From a virus, in the IMG/VR virus record IMGVR_UViG_3300033512_000504: a stretch of 63,451 nt of DNA; one strand, given 5' to 3'. The position numbers were made by a program, and so were the translations under genes. Positions 48,950 through 58,004 of the stretch are shown here, one piece after another; position 1 is the stretch's first letter, and every line of letters begins with the position of its first letter. Below the pieces are notes generated by a model. That model was not told the DNA's origin, made no database searches, and worked only from the letters and a program-made list of their open reading frames with translations.

Positions 48950-49435
48950 TCAATCGAATAATGGCAGGGGCGGATAACCAAAATGAGGATGATCATTTAT
49001 CCATTTAGAATAGGCTTTTAAATGCTTTGATATATCTTCGCCTTTTTCAAGAACTGGCATGGGTGGGTTAGGATACGGTTCCCACGACTCGATATTATAT
49101 CCATCGCCTAAACTTACGAGTTGTTTTTTCCACTTTAGTCCATCCACTTCAACAATATCACCTAGAATAAAATCCCCTATAATATCTTTCAAAAACGCAG
49201 ACATTTTTTCACCATTATACAGCAAATAGCCATACTGACCTTCTTTTGGCGTGAATGCATCAATGCTAAATGACTTTTTGACAACCGTACCGTATGGAGT
49301 AGTTTTGAGTCCAGATGTCACTGTATAATTTGTGATTGATGCGGATTCGACATTATCGATGGATGTTAACGTCAAAATAACAATTAAAATAGCCGATATA
49401 AACAATCCAGCTTTCAACAGTTTGTTTGATTTCAT
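48950..49435 (-). CDS. secreted or membrane-anchored hypothetical protein
   Basis: Signal-peptide-like N-terminus, AGGAGG RBS. Confidence 0.6.
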   Translation of the reverse strand: MKSNKLLKAGLFISAILIVILTLTSIDNVESASITNYTVTSGLKTTPYGTVVKKSFSIDAFTPKEGQYGYLLYNGEKMSAFLKDIIGDFILGDIVEVDGLKWKKQLVSLGDGYNIESWEPYPNPPMPVLEKGEDISKHLKAYSKWINDHPHFGYPPLPLFD

Positions 49436-49496
49436 TTTTTCCTCCTTGTGTTAAGCATTATCTACCTTTATTATACCTTTGCCATACATGTTTTGT

Positions 49497-50105
49497 TTAG
49501 AACTTTTTAATCATAAGATGTTTGTCAAAATACATATTGGTTTTAATACCATTCTCGACGAATTGAGATATTACAATAGACGCCATGCCTGTTAAAGACA
49601 TAATAAACGGACGAGCAATTGACATTTCGCAAACATCTATTTCTGAATCGGATTTAGATGTAGTCATTGGCTCATAAATTTCATTCCAAGCGGCTTCTCC
49701 AGTCAAAAGAGCACTAAACCCTACATGCAAAACATTATATTTCTTTCCTAATTTCAAAAACAAATTTCGAGAATCGGCGTTATCAAATGCGTCAACGATC
49801 AAAGTGGAATCAGGATCTTTGACAATGTTCTTAATATCTTCAACAGACATTAATTTAGCATTTACAACGTCAATACGCTTCTGCTTATTTGTTTGAGCAA
49901 TCCTTTGTAACGCCTGAGTCTTAGGACGATTAAGATCTGCTTTTGTATAAGGTTGAGTGCCGGGGCTGATATTGCGATCTTCAATTGTATCAAAATCAAC
50001 TACGGTAAATTTAAAGTCTGGATAGGCATAAAGCAAATTCATAAAAACATTTGCACCAGCGGCTCCAATTCCACATATTACGATATTATCAATTGTTTTT
50101 TTCAT
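49497..50105 (-). CDS. ThiF/MoeB/E1-like ubiquitin-activating enzyme
   Basis: ICGIGAAG, VVDFDTIEDRN, KTQAL, VDAFDNADSR, DVCE. Confidence 0.9.
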   Translation of the reverse strand: MKKTIDNIVICGIGAAGANVFMNLLYAYPDFKFTVVDFDTIEDRNISPGTQPYTKADLNRPKTQALQRIAQTNKQKRIDVVNAKLMSVEDIKNIVKDPDSTLIVDAFDNADSRNLFLKLGKKYNVLHVGFSALLTGEAAWNEIYEPMTTSKSDSEIDVCEMSIARPFIMSLTGMASIVISQFVENGIKTNMYFDKHLMIKKF

Positions 50106-50107
50106 AA

Positions 50108-50383
50108 TTAAACTCCAAATATATCCTTTACATTAGAATCTGTACCAACATCTTTAAAACAATTTCTCTGCCTATCCCAATGCCTGTGATCATAAATACT
50201 AAACTCAAAAGAATAACGCCATATTGAAATATAAAAATGGCAACCAGCATGATCTGTTTTTCGAGTCCAAGATGCACATGAATTATAAAATGTGGTAACG
50301 GAATAGATGTTTTTGCGAATACTAATTTCCAAAAATTTGTGCTCAGTCAACTTTATATTTTTATCCATTTTTACTATCTCCAA
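50108..50383 (-). CDS. hypothetical protein
   Basis: 91 aa, WTRKTDHAG...YDHRHWD. Confidence 0.55.
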   Translation of the reverse strand: MEIVKMDKNIKLTEHKFLEISIRKNIYSVTTFYNSCASWTRKTDHAGCHFYISIWRYSFEFSIYDHRHWDRQRNCFKDVGTDSNVKDIFGV

Positions 50384-50666
50384 ACAATATTTCAGGTATT
50401 ACATCTTCCAATTCTATCCAGCCATCAAATTTATCCATGTTGCAACAATAATAAGCTGTATTACTTATAGTCCATTCACATCCGTTAAAACGTGGATATT
50501 TTATATTCTCATTATTTTTGCTTGAATAGGCAAGTACAGAATTAATATAGCCACATTTATAAATTTGTTCTGGCTTTTCAATATTCAAGTCAAATTTTGA
50601 AGGAAACGATATCCATCCATAAAACTGATTCCTATTGGTATTATAAAATTCTGAATATGTTACCAC
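50361..50666 (-). CDS. hypothetical protein
   Basis: 101 aa ORF. Confidence 0.45.
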   Translation of the reverse strand: MVTYSEFYNTNRNQFYGWISFPSKFDLNIEKPEQIYKCGYINSVLAYSSKNNENIKYPRFNGCEWTISNTAYYCCNMDKFDGWIELEDVIPEILFGDSKNG

Positions 50667-50766
50667 CCATACAGGAATATAATCGTTATCTACACAATAG
50701 ATAGAATTACTATGGAGAGCCAGAATGTTGCCTTCGACAGTACACTATCCAGTATCTAACATGTTT

Positions 50767-51441
50767 TTACAGATTGTCATCAAGGCGACCTTTCGTTTCA
50801 ATAAACTTTTTAAGAATCAAATTTGCACCATAATTAATAAGAGCCTGTTTATCATTGACAATTTTCGATCTGGCTATTTCTAGTAATCCTTCTATCAAAT
50901 CATAATCCAATTCTACGGATATCTCTTTCATAATTACAGTTTTTGAATCGTCTAAATCGTCTAGATCTTCTGACTCAGTATTACTACTAAAACAAGCCGG
51001 ACATTGTGTATTACCAGTTGGCTCGTATTTAGCTCCACAATCTAAACAAATCCAAGGATCGACAACGACATGATTAGATTCTTTTACTTCTATTGGCAAA
51101 GAATTGTCATCACCAAACAGTTCTTCCTCTAGACTACCAAGGGTAGCATTATGAAGACATTGAATATGCATTGGTGTACCTCGTTTAGTTGTTTTTACGT
51201 TTTTATCGCTTATTTTACAAAAACAACAAACTGGTTCATTATTTTTTGACGCCTTATAATTGGCATAATCTCTTTCGATAATATCCAACAGTTTATCCAT
51301 AACTTTACGTCTTGCATTGTCTGATAAATATCTAAACCACATATCTGGAGATTGATTTTCTGGGCAACCTAGTTCCGCCAAGTTCTCACAAAAATCTAAA
51401 ATAACGTCCGACATCAAATCTTCAATAGCAACTGTCTTCAT
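50767..51441 (-). CDS. hypothetical protein with zinc-ribbon motifs
   Basis: CCFC and CLDC...CPAC. Confidence 0.55.
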   Translation of the reverse strand: MKTVAIEDLMSDVILDFCENLAELGCPENQSPDMWFRYLSDNARRKVMDKLLDIIERDYANYKASKNNEPVCCFCKISDKNVKTTKRGTPMHIQCLHNATLGSLEEELFGDDNSLPIEVKESNHVVVDPWICLDCGAKYEPTGNTQCPACFSSNTESEDLDDLDDSKTVIMKEISVELDYDLIEGLLEIARSKIVNDKQALINYGANLILKKFIETKGRLDDNL

Positions 51442-51555
51442 AATTAACTCCTCAAATTACATTCCAAATATTTTTCCTGTCTTCTAACTCGATACTTTCT
51501 AATATACCATTTTCTTCTTCGGAAATCAAGAACAAACTGTCAAAATTGATAGTTT

Positions 51556-51882
51556 TTAATTGAAAAGGATCAATATACCATTTGCCGACTTTGTAATCTG
51601 CATATCCAACAGTATTTTTTGACGATATATTTTTACATTGGATTTACAATTTGAGCGATATTCGTCATAGAAAAATGCGTCATTACCGACTCTATGCATT
51701 TGATTATTTGGTATAGAAATGTTATTTAAGCACATCTGGTCGTCGTTGAATTCTACATACGTACCTCTGCCGCCAATAACCAATCTAGAAAACCCATGTA
51801 AAATTTCTAATCCAGAAAATGTATAAAATATTGCATTGATATCTCCGCTTAAAGGAAGTCTAAATGTTCTTTTGTAGTTCAT
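51556..51882 (-). CDS. hypothetical phage protein, probably frameshifted at an A6 run near 51615
   Basis: RLVIGGRGTYVEF; the alternative frame continues TVGYADYKVGKWYIDP. Confidence 0.5.
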   Translation of the reverse strand: MNYKRTFRLPLSGDINAIFYTFSGLEILHGFSRLVIGGRGTYVEFNDDQMCLNNISIPNNQMHRVGNDAFFYDEYRSNCKSNVKIYRQKILLDMQITKSANGILILFN

Positions 51883-51918
51883 TCTATAAATGCTGTTTGT
51901 AGTTCATTCTATAAAGTT

Positions 51919-51950
51919 TAAAGGACGCAACTGTTAAGTCACGTCCTTTA
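51919..51950 (-). terminator. hairpin closing the ncRNA array (possible terminator)
   Basis: TAAAGGACG...CGTCCTTTA inverted repeat; weak U-tract. Confidence 0.5.
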
Positions 51951-52052
51951 TTTGGGCATACATTTAATAGATAAGATATGCCAGCCTATCAGGGGGATGA
52001 CTGTTCGTCATGTCCCACCCCGCCAGTCTATTTTGGTAAACAGACAAAAAAG

Positions 52053-52188
52053 ATATCGTAATCCAAGTTGGCAATACTTTATTTGGTGCATAATGAGGGA
52101 ATTGAACCCTCAACGTTTTGATTAATATTCAAATGATCTACCATTGATCTAATTTTGCTTGTGAGTACTATCTGAGGGATTACGATAT
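52053..52188 (-). ncRNA. Y-RNA-like ncRNA B1: closing stem enclosing a tRNA-like cloverleaf
   Basis: 12-bp ATATCGTAATCC/GGATTACGATAT stem; inner D, anticodon-like and T arms with CCA (52084-52158). Confidence 0.7.
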
Positions 52189-52210
52189 TAAATTATAAAA
52201 GAGCGGAAAA

Positions 52211-52336
52211 GACTTGGAGAGGAATGTCTACCTCTCGCCAACCTCTGCAAATCCTGAGAAGGAGCTTTATCGGTTCTACCAGCAGTTGAAGGCTTCATTC
52301 ATTGTCGTCTCGGTTACTAACAATGAGCCACAAGTC
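52211..52336 (-). ncRNA. structured ncRNA C (multi-hairpin)
   Basis: GACTTG/CAAGTC closing stem, GAGAGG/CCTCTC and CATTGT/ACAATG hairpins, GC-rich relative to background. Confidence 0.5.
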
Positions 52337-52341
52337 AAAAA

Positions 52342-52465
52342 AATAACGACCCAAGTTTGCAATACTGTATTATAGTGCGAAGGATTTGAACCTTCTCATT
52401 ATCCTTAGAAGGGATATGTTCAACCAAATGAACTTGCTTGTAAGTACTTCATAAGGGGTCGTATT
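52342..52465 (-). ncRNA. Y-RNA-like ncRNA B2: closing stem enclosing D, anticodon(TCT) and T arms
   Basis: ACGACCC/GGGTCGT stem; shares GTACT(T/C)ACAAGCAA and AGTATTGC.AACTT with B1. Confidence 0.7.
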
Positions 52466-52487
52466 AAATTATAAAAGAGCGAAAAAA

Positions 52488-52625
52488 TGGTGGGAAGAGA
52501 AGGACTCGAACCTCCAATTGCTTGTAAGCGTTTAAATAGGCAATTGATTTCTCAATTGAAGTAGTAATCGCATTTTTTGTTTAGTGTTTAATTGACTAAT
52601 GCCTTTACCATTTGGCTATCTTCCC
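52488..52625 (-). ncRNA. tRNA-like RNA A1 (138 nt) with ~65-nt insertion at the variable arm
   Basis: Acceptor GGGAAGA/TCTTCCC-A-CCA, D arm, T loop TTCGAGT. Confidence 0.8.
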
Positions 52626-52632
52626 AAAAAAG

Positions 52633-52770
52633 TGGCGGAGAGAGAAGGACTCGAACCTCCAATTGCTTGTAAGCGTTTAAATAGGCAATTGATTTCTCAA
52701 TTGAAGTAGTAATCGCATTTTTTGTTTAGTGTTTAATTGACTAATGCCTTTACCATTTGGCTATCTCTCC
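52633..52770 (-). ncRNA. tRNA-like RNA A2 (138 nt), tandem copy of A1
   Basis: Identical to A1 except compensatory acceptor GGAGAGA/TCTCTCC and discriminator G. Confidence 0.8.
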
Positions 52771-52808
52771 ATAATAAAATTCTCAAAGATCGTTTTTGTT
52801 ACATTATC

Positions 52809-52836
52809 ATTATAACAAATGTCAAGAAAAAATCAA
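52809..52836 (-). promoter_or_regulatory. promoter TTGATT-N16-TATAAT for the ncRNA array (second copy at 52902-52929)
   Basis: Motif shared with the attenuator and TROVE operon promoters. Confidence 0.7.
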
Positions 52837-52935
52837 GTATTATTTTTAAAATACTTTTGAGCAACTTGACTCGCATCTACTCTGCTTTGCTCAACATCAT
52901 CATTATACAACAAAAAAATAATAAATCAAGTAATT

Positions 52936-53409
52936 TCAAACAATTAATTTCAAATCGTTAATTTGCTCATCTCGAAAAACCTTACACCATTTAAAACGAC
53001 GAGAAAATCCTACACCTTCTTTAACAACATAAACGGCACATGACAAACCCGCTACCTCAATTTCAACTCCAACCACAATATATCTTTTACCTTTATATAC
53101 AACGATATCGCCCTCTTGAACATTATATTGATATAGTAATTCATGTTCTTTTGTTATTTGTGTTTTAGGATACACCAAAACCCCCTTGATATTCGATAAG
53201 CCGTTATGTGTTGCAATCATAGACGTAAACATAGATTCATGATCTCTAGATTCATCAACCATATATTTAAGTTCTTCTAACAATGTTTCTGCATCATCCG
53301 AATCCAAATGTAAATATCCGTTTTGCTTATTTACTTTTGCTTTGATATGTAACATTTTTAAAATCTCCTTATTTAACTGTTCTTGTCTTATGTATATACG
53401 ATCCATCAT
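52936..53409 (-). CDS. hypothetical protein
   Basis: 157 aa, overlaps the upstream gene. Confidence 0.5.
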   Translation of the reverse strand: MMDRIYIRQEQLNKEILKMLHIKAKVNKQNGYLHLDSDDAETLLEELKYMVDESRDHESMFTSMIATHNGLSNIKGVLVYPKTQITKEHELLYQYNVQEGDIVVYKGKRYIVVGVEIEVAGLSCAVYVVKEGVGFSRRFKWCKVFRDEQINDLKLIV

Positions 53410-54193
53410 TACTATAATCGCTTAATACATTTACCAAAGAACGTGCAGATTGAGTTCCGTCCCAATTAGATACACAAAACCCTGCTTCTTTTACTCTGAA
53501 ATCATTATCTAATTGAGTATTAATCGTTTCTCCATCAAGTTTCCATTGAACTTCAAATCCACGATTATTTTTCTTTACAAAATCAACAGTTGCTCCACCT
53601 TCAGACATAATTTGACGAATAATATTTTCTGGCTGGCTTAAAGCTTTTCGTAATTCCTCTTGCTTTCTCTCAATTGAATGGAAAGCATAAACGACTCGCA
53701 TTGGTGGAGTTACGCCTTTTATTTTTTCTATGGTCTGTTTGTTATCAAAAGCCAATTTCAAATCCAATAAAGGATATGCGTTTTGACCATAAACGATTTG
53801 TAAAAAATAGCAATTGCCATTCAACATGGCTACCTCTATCTCTTCAAATTCATCACAAACGCAATCTTTAACCTTGATAGGTATGTTAGTAAAATTGACA
53901 GGGTTTTCTGGCACAAAAGCGTCATGAAAAGAAATTCCCCTTAAAACTTTAACTTTGGAAGATTTACTAAAATAGGTTCTAGCGTCACTAATATTTGCCG
54001 GTTGAATAGTGGACATAAAATCATCCGACTCCATGTCAATACGATATATACCATTAGCAATATTATAATGAATTTGTCGAATCATCCTGTTAGAATGCCA
54101 CACCTTGTCAATAACGATTCCGTATATTAAATTCACAATTTCAAATCCATTTCTTTTAAAGCTAATTCCATATCGATAACATCTTGGGGACAA
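53369..54193 (-). CDS. Cys-containing protein of the Ubl-JAB-vWA operon (candidate E2-like carrier); true start probably downstream (MSTIQPA)
   Basis: C-terminal VQW...EAGFCVS..D...SLVNV; position directly after JAB. Confidence 0.55.
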   Translation of the reverse strand: MSPRCYRYGISFKRNGFEIVNLIYGIVIDKVWHSNRMIRQIHYNIANGIYRIDMESDDFMSTIQPANISDARTYFSKSSKVKVLRGISFHDAFVPENPVNFTNIPIKVKDCVCDEFEEIEVAMLNGNCYFLQIVYGQNAYPLLDLKLAFDNKQTIEKIKGVTPPMRVVYAFHSIERKQEELRKALSQPENIIRQIMSEGGATVDFVKKNNRGFEVQWKLDGETINTQLDNDFRVKEAGFCVSNWDGTQSARSLVNVLSDYSNDGSYIHKTRTVK

Positions 54194-54711
54194 AGATTTG
54201 TTACTTTAGACATACCATAAAGTATCCCTGTTACAATCTGCCAATCCATTTTATGACTTGCAACAGGAGAAGACATTATGTCAGAAACAACAATCTTTCG
54301 ACTCTCATCTCGATCAACAATATAATGAGATAAAATTCCTTCTAATCCATTACGAGTATGACACTGTGTAATTATCGAAAAATTAACAGGAACACCCAAA
54401 GCCATTCTCCAACCCTGACACATATTTAAATCTGTTGGAGACATGACAGAATAACCCATCGGATGAGTATGTAACATTAAAACTTTGCTCGGTTTAATAT
54501 CTTGAGATTTTATAAAACCCCAAATCTTATCCCAGTCAAAATCAACGGCTCCACCACAACCCTCTGTCCTTATTAATCCATCATCGGTTTCATGAATAAG
54601 CCCAGTAGTAATAGAGATACAGCCATGTTCAGGTGTAATAAAGCAAGATACCTCCTGATTAAAATTCAGAGAGATATCCCCATAATTCTTAAGTGATTGA
54701 CTTACATTCAT
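54133..54711 (-). CDS. JAB/MPN+ metalloprotease (deubiquitinase-like)
   Basis: E...HTHP...SPTD JAMM motif. Confidence 0.85.
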   Translation of the reverse strand: MNVSQSLKNYGDISLNFNQEVSCFITPEHGCISITTGLIHETDDGLIRTEGCGGAVDFDWDKIWGFIKSQDIKPSKVLMLHTHPMGYSVMSPTDLNMCQGWRMALGVPVNFSIITQCHTRNGLEGILSHYIVDRDESRKIVVSDIMSSPVASHKMDWQIVTGILYGMSKVTNLCPQDVIDMELALKEMDLKL

Positions 54712-54889
54712 TGTTTTGATTCTTACATTCGTTAATGAAAATTTTTCTCATTGTCTGTTCAGTTATTAAAATATCGCCGCTTACATTTGAGCAAGTTTTA
54801 ATTTCAACTGGTCTTATTGAAAAGCCAATCTATTTAAGTTGTCTTATGAAGCGGTTCGATACTTTAATTGTTGGAAAAACGATCATCAA

Positions 54890-56497
54890 TTACTTCTTGA
54901 CCGTATCCCACCATTTTGGCAATGTAGGAAGAGGAGTATCCATAATCTCGTCAACAAGAGCTACCTCACCTTTAACTGCCGTTGCTACCGCCTGAGGAAT
55001 CAAGGCAGATTCCTTAAGTGCCTCTGGCTTCATAATAGCAACTGGAATACCAGCCTTGTTAAGACCGTCTTCCAACTGACCCTTGTATTGAGCATTGCGG
55101 TTTGCACTAAAGTCAATAATAACAGCGGCTCTCGGTTTCGCAACACTAGGATTATCCGTATGATATTTATTAATACGTGTTACAATACTACCAACATTAT
55201 GTCCCTGATCCGTAATATAAATATCAACTTCTGCACCTTGTTTGCGAGCTTCATTGTAAAGAGCGATACAATCCGTTGACCCACCAGCCCTAACACCATA
55301 AAGAGATTTGTAAAAATCTTCCTTAGTAAAGGACTTCGGCAATGCCAACTGAGTACCCCTGTTGCTAAACAATCCCCAACCAAAGTTGCTAACAGGATTA
55401 TCTACGCACTCTGCAATTGTCGCAGCATTGTCCATAGCAAACTGAATTGCGTTTTGCATAGAACCGCTAGAATCAATGTGAAGGAAAATCTTTCCAAGAC
55501 CCGCTGCCTTTGCCGCCTTCTTGCGAACATCAGAACGAATCTTTGACATTTCTTTCTTGTCCTCTTCGTCTGCATTCCTAGTAAGCGTATCAATACGATC
55601 AACTGCCGTAGTAGATTCTGCAACCTTACTGTTAAAAAGACTCTTAATGCTCTTCACATCGAGATATCCGTTCTTGGCAAACCAATTGTACAAAATAATG
55701 GATTGATTTCCTGTGCAACCAGACAAAAGAGCCTTGGCAACATTCGCTGTAATTTTCTCCTTTGGAATAACAGACAAAGCAACCGTTGGAGACAATTTGC
55801 TCTCCGACAACTTCTGAGCGATTTCCTGAGATGTCATATTAGCGAAATCTGGCAAATTCTCCATTTTTGAAATGTCAGGTCCGCCAAACTTCTGCTTCCA
55901 TCTTAAAACAGCTGCCGCCTCTGGAATAGGTGAAGTCCTTGTCAAGCGATAAAGCTGCTGCATCTTTTTAGCTAAACCACTTCTTTTCATTCCACGAATA
56001 GAATCAATGTTGCTTTCACGGAATCCGATATATTTACGGAAGGCTGTTTTCAAACCTGTCGCAAAATGACAAGAATCATTAAGTTTTCCCTTTACTGCAA
56101 ATTTCTTATGAGCCAACTCCAATACTCTTAATGCCAAATGCGGATCAAGTTTCTGCAATACGGCATAGCTAACCTCACGATAGTTAGGCTTACACTGTTT
56201 TGCACCCTTGAAAAAAGGAGTTCCATTACCATCATTTAACGAATTGAAGAAAACGGAAACGACCTTCAAATCTTTCGACTCCTGATTAGCCGCATATGCC
56301 GTCAAATGAGCCATAAACATAGGATCATTAATAGCAACATCTGCAAAAACATTCGCCACTGCCAAGAACTTATCTTCCTGAAGTTTACCTTTAGAATACA
56401 AGTGAGTACATGCGGCGGACAACATTTTGAAAATTGCCAACCTCTTTTCATCCGAATATTCACCGAGTGCTGCGTTGCTAATTGTATCTGTGTTCAT
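54890..56497 (-). CDS. Ro60/TROVE-like protein with C-terminal vWA domain
   Basis: Helical N-terminus (DPMFMAHL, LYRLTRTSP); MIDAS IDSSGSM, GGSTD, YITDQGHN; Ro60-like length. Confidence 0.75.
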   Translation of the reverse strand: MNTDTISNAALGEYSDEKRLAIFKMLSAACTHLYSKGKLQEDKFLAVANVFADVAINDPMFMAHLTAYAANQESKDLKVVSVFFNSLNDGNGTPFFKGAKQCKPNYREVSYAVLQKLDPHLALRVLELAHKKFAVKGKLNDSCHFATGLKTAFRKYIGFRESNIDSIRGMKRSGLAKKMQQLYRLTRTSPIPEAAAVLRWKQKFGGPDISKMENLPDFANMTSQEIAQKLSESKLSPTVALSVIPKEKITANVAKALLSGCTGNQSIILYNWFAKNGYLDVKSIKSLFNSKVAESTTAVDRIDTLTRNADEEDKKEMSKIRSDVRKKAAKAAGLGKIFLHIDSSGSMQNAIQFAMDNAATIAECVDNPVSNFGWGLFSNRGTQLALPKSFTKEDFYKSLYGVRAGGSTDCIALYNEARKQGAEVDIYITDQGHNVGSIVTRINKYHTDNPSVAKPRAAVIIDFSANRNAQYKGQLEDGLNKAGIPVAIMKPEALKESALIPQAVATAVKGEVALVDEIMDTPLPTLPKWWDTVKK

Positions 56498-56540
56498 TTT
56501 GATTTCCTTTCTACTATGTTTTTTAAATCTATTATATCTA

Positions 56541-56819
56541 TCAGCCAGCTACAGGCTTAGGATAAACATAAATTGTATTCGAGTTCATGGCTTTTCTAAC
56601 TGTATAGGTAAAATCACCATAGGCGTCCTGATACCCGTCACGAGTTCCTTCCGCTTCCTCGATGATTCCAGCAACAGCCGTCAAAATATCACGAGAAGAA
56701 GAATCCATATTGACATTCAACGCTTCCATTGGTGTTGCAATATCACGACCATCCAAAGTTACAATAACCTCGTTACGAATCGCCTCTGTAACAACTACCT
56801 GATCAATTGCTTCTGCCAT
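56541..56819 (-). CDS. ubiquitin-like (beta-grasp) protein
   Basis: 92 aa ending IYVYPKPVAG with C-terminal Gly; heads the operon containing JAB. Confidence 0.65.
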   Translation of the reverse strand: MAEAIDQVVVTEAIRNEVIVTLDGRDIATPMEALNVNMDSSSRDILTAVAGIIEEAEGTRDGYQDAYGDFTYTVRKAMNSNTIYVYPKPVAG

Positions 56820-56863
56820 AATTACCTCTCTTTGTTTTGTTTCTTGTTAAATCCAATGTTCCT

Positions 56864-56891
56864 AGTATATGAAATAATAAAAATAAATCAA
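56864..56891 (-). promoter_or_regulatory. promoter TTGATT-N16-TATACT for the Ubl-TROVE-JAB operon
   Basis: Matches the recurring motif. Confidence 0.7.
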
Positions 56892-56899
56892 GTTATTTT

Positions 56900-57259
56900 T
56901 TAAACAGATTCCAATTTTCTTTTTTCCAACCGCTCTTTAAATGATTCTTCAGATTTAGTACAATTACCACATCCCTTATCCTTCATGACTTGAATCGCAT
57001 CATTAAAAAGATCGAAATAATCAATCTCTGTCGTCTTTCCATTATCCATTATATCTATTAACGAGTTTAAAACAAGTAATCTTTTTTGTCTTATCTTTTT
57101 TGCCAATTCAGGAGAGGCTTCAATACATTCCTCTGATGCTTCTGCAAGATGACCTATAACCCCTAGAATATGTTCTGGATATCCTTGATTAACTTCCCCC
57201 TCCATTACATATGCTTGAGCTATATGTTTTATTGTGCAATGTAGACAAAATTTTCTCAT
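56900..57259 (-). CDS. hypothetical protein (CLHC...H)
   Basis: 119 aa ORF. Confidence 0.55.
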   Translation of the reverse strand: MRKFCLHCTIKHIAQAYVMEGEVNQGYPEHILGVIGHLAEASEECIEASPELAKKIRQKRLLVLNSLIDIMDNGKTTEIDYFDLFNDAIQVMKDKGCGNCTKSEESFKERLEKRKLESV

Positions 57260-57771
57260 TATACTCCTTTACTGCTGAAACCTAAAATACTACTACAATC
57301 AAAATTTGAACCTTCGCCCACCCATAATAAATCATAATATTTATTGTTTGGAACTTTTAATACGGATTTGATCCAATTGCATTTTATAGGACGATGCTTT
57401 TCATCAACTGAATAGTATTGATAATCTCCAATTTGGACTTTTACCATATCTTTCCCGAATCTCAATCCATATCTTTTTAAAAGATTTATGTCATCATCCC
57501 AATCCATTCCAGAATGAGCTGCAACAAAATCATCTGTATTAGAATTGATCCAAGTAACTATACCGTTGGAAAGATAAACACGTCTTCCATCATTAATCAT
57601 GTACGGTGAATTATAAACCTTGTAAGAAATACATTTAACTTGACTTCTAGAATCAATTTCTTCACATATTAAATTTGACGTATTAATTATCTTAATGTCA
57701 AATGGTACATTATACTTAGACAATGATTTATTCAGAATTAAAATAGTATTATGAAAAACTGGAGTAATCAT
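57259..57771 (-). CDS. hypothetical protein
   Basis: 170 aa ORF, coupled. Confidence 0.55.
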   Translation of the reverse strand: MITPVFHNTILILNKSLSKYNVPFDIKIINTSNLICEEIDSRSQVKCISYKVYNSPYMINDGRRVYLSNGIVTWINSNTDDFVAAHSGMDWDDDINLLKRYGLRFGKDMVKVQIGDYQYYSVDEKHRPIKCNWIKSVLKVPNNKYYDLLWVGEGSNFDCSSILGFSSKGV

Positions 57772-58004
57772 TACATATCTTCAAATATTTTTTGCCAATA
57801 CTCGCTATTAGATATTGATTGCAGTAATCGATTTCTTGGAATTATAAAACTAGAAACGTCATCTTGAGCTATAATGAACCAATCATTTACTTCAATAATG
57901 TCTACTTCAAATGGTTTTGTCAATATAACCCAATTAAGTGCGTCATTGTCTCGTTTTATTTCTGTTACGCAAAGAGCTTTTTCTATATAGAAGTGTGCAT
58001 GCAT
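57771..58004 (-). CDS. hypothetical protein
   Basis: 77 aa ORF, coupled. Confidence 0.45.
   Translation of the reverse strand: MHAHFYIEKALCVTEIKRDNDALNWVILTKPFEVDIIEVNDWFIIAQDDVSSFIIPRNRLLQSISNSEYWQKIFEDM

Noticed and set aside
49497-50105. ThiF/MoeB of cofactor biosynthesis
   Set aside because: No thi, moa or cys genes nearby and no paired CxxC zinc motifs; context points to the Ubl/JAB operon.
52488-52770. CRISPR array or intron-containing tRNAs
   Set aside because: Only two long copies with no spacers. The insert lies at the variable arm, is too short for a group I intron, and no canonical anticodon loop can be rebuilt.
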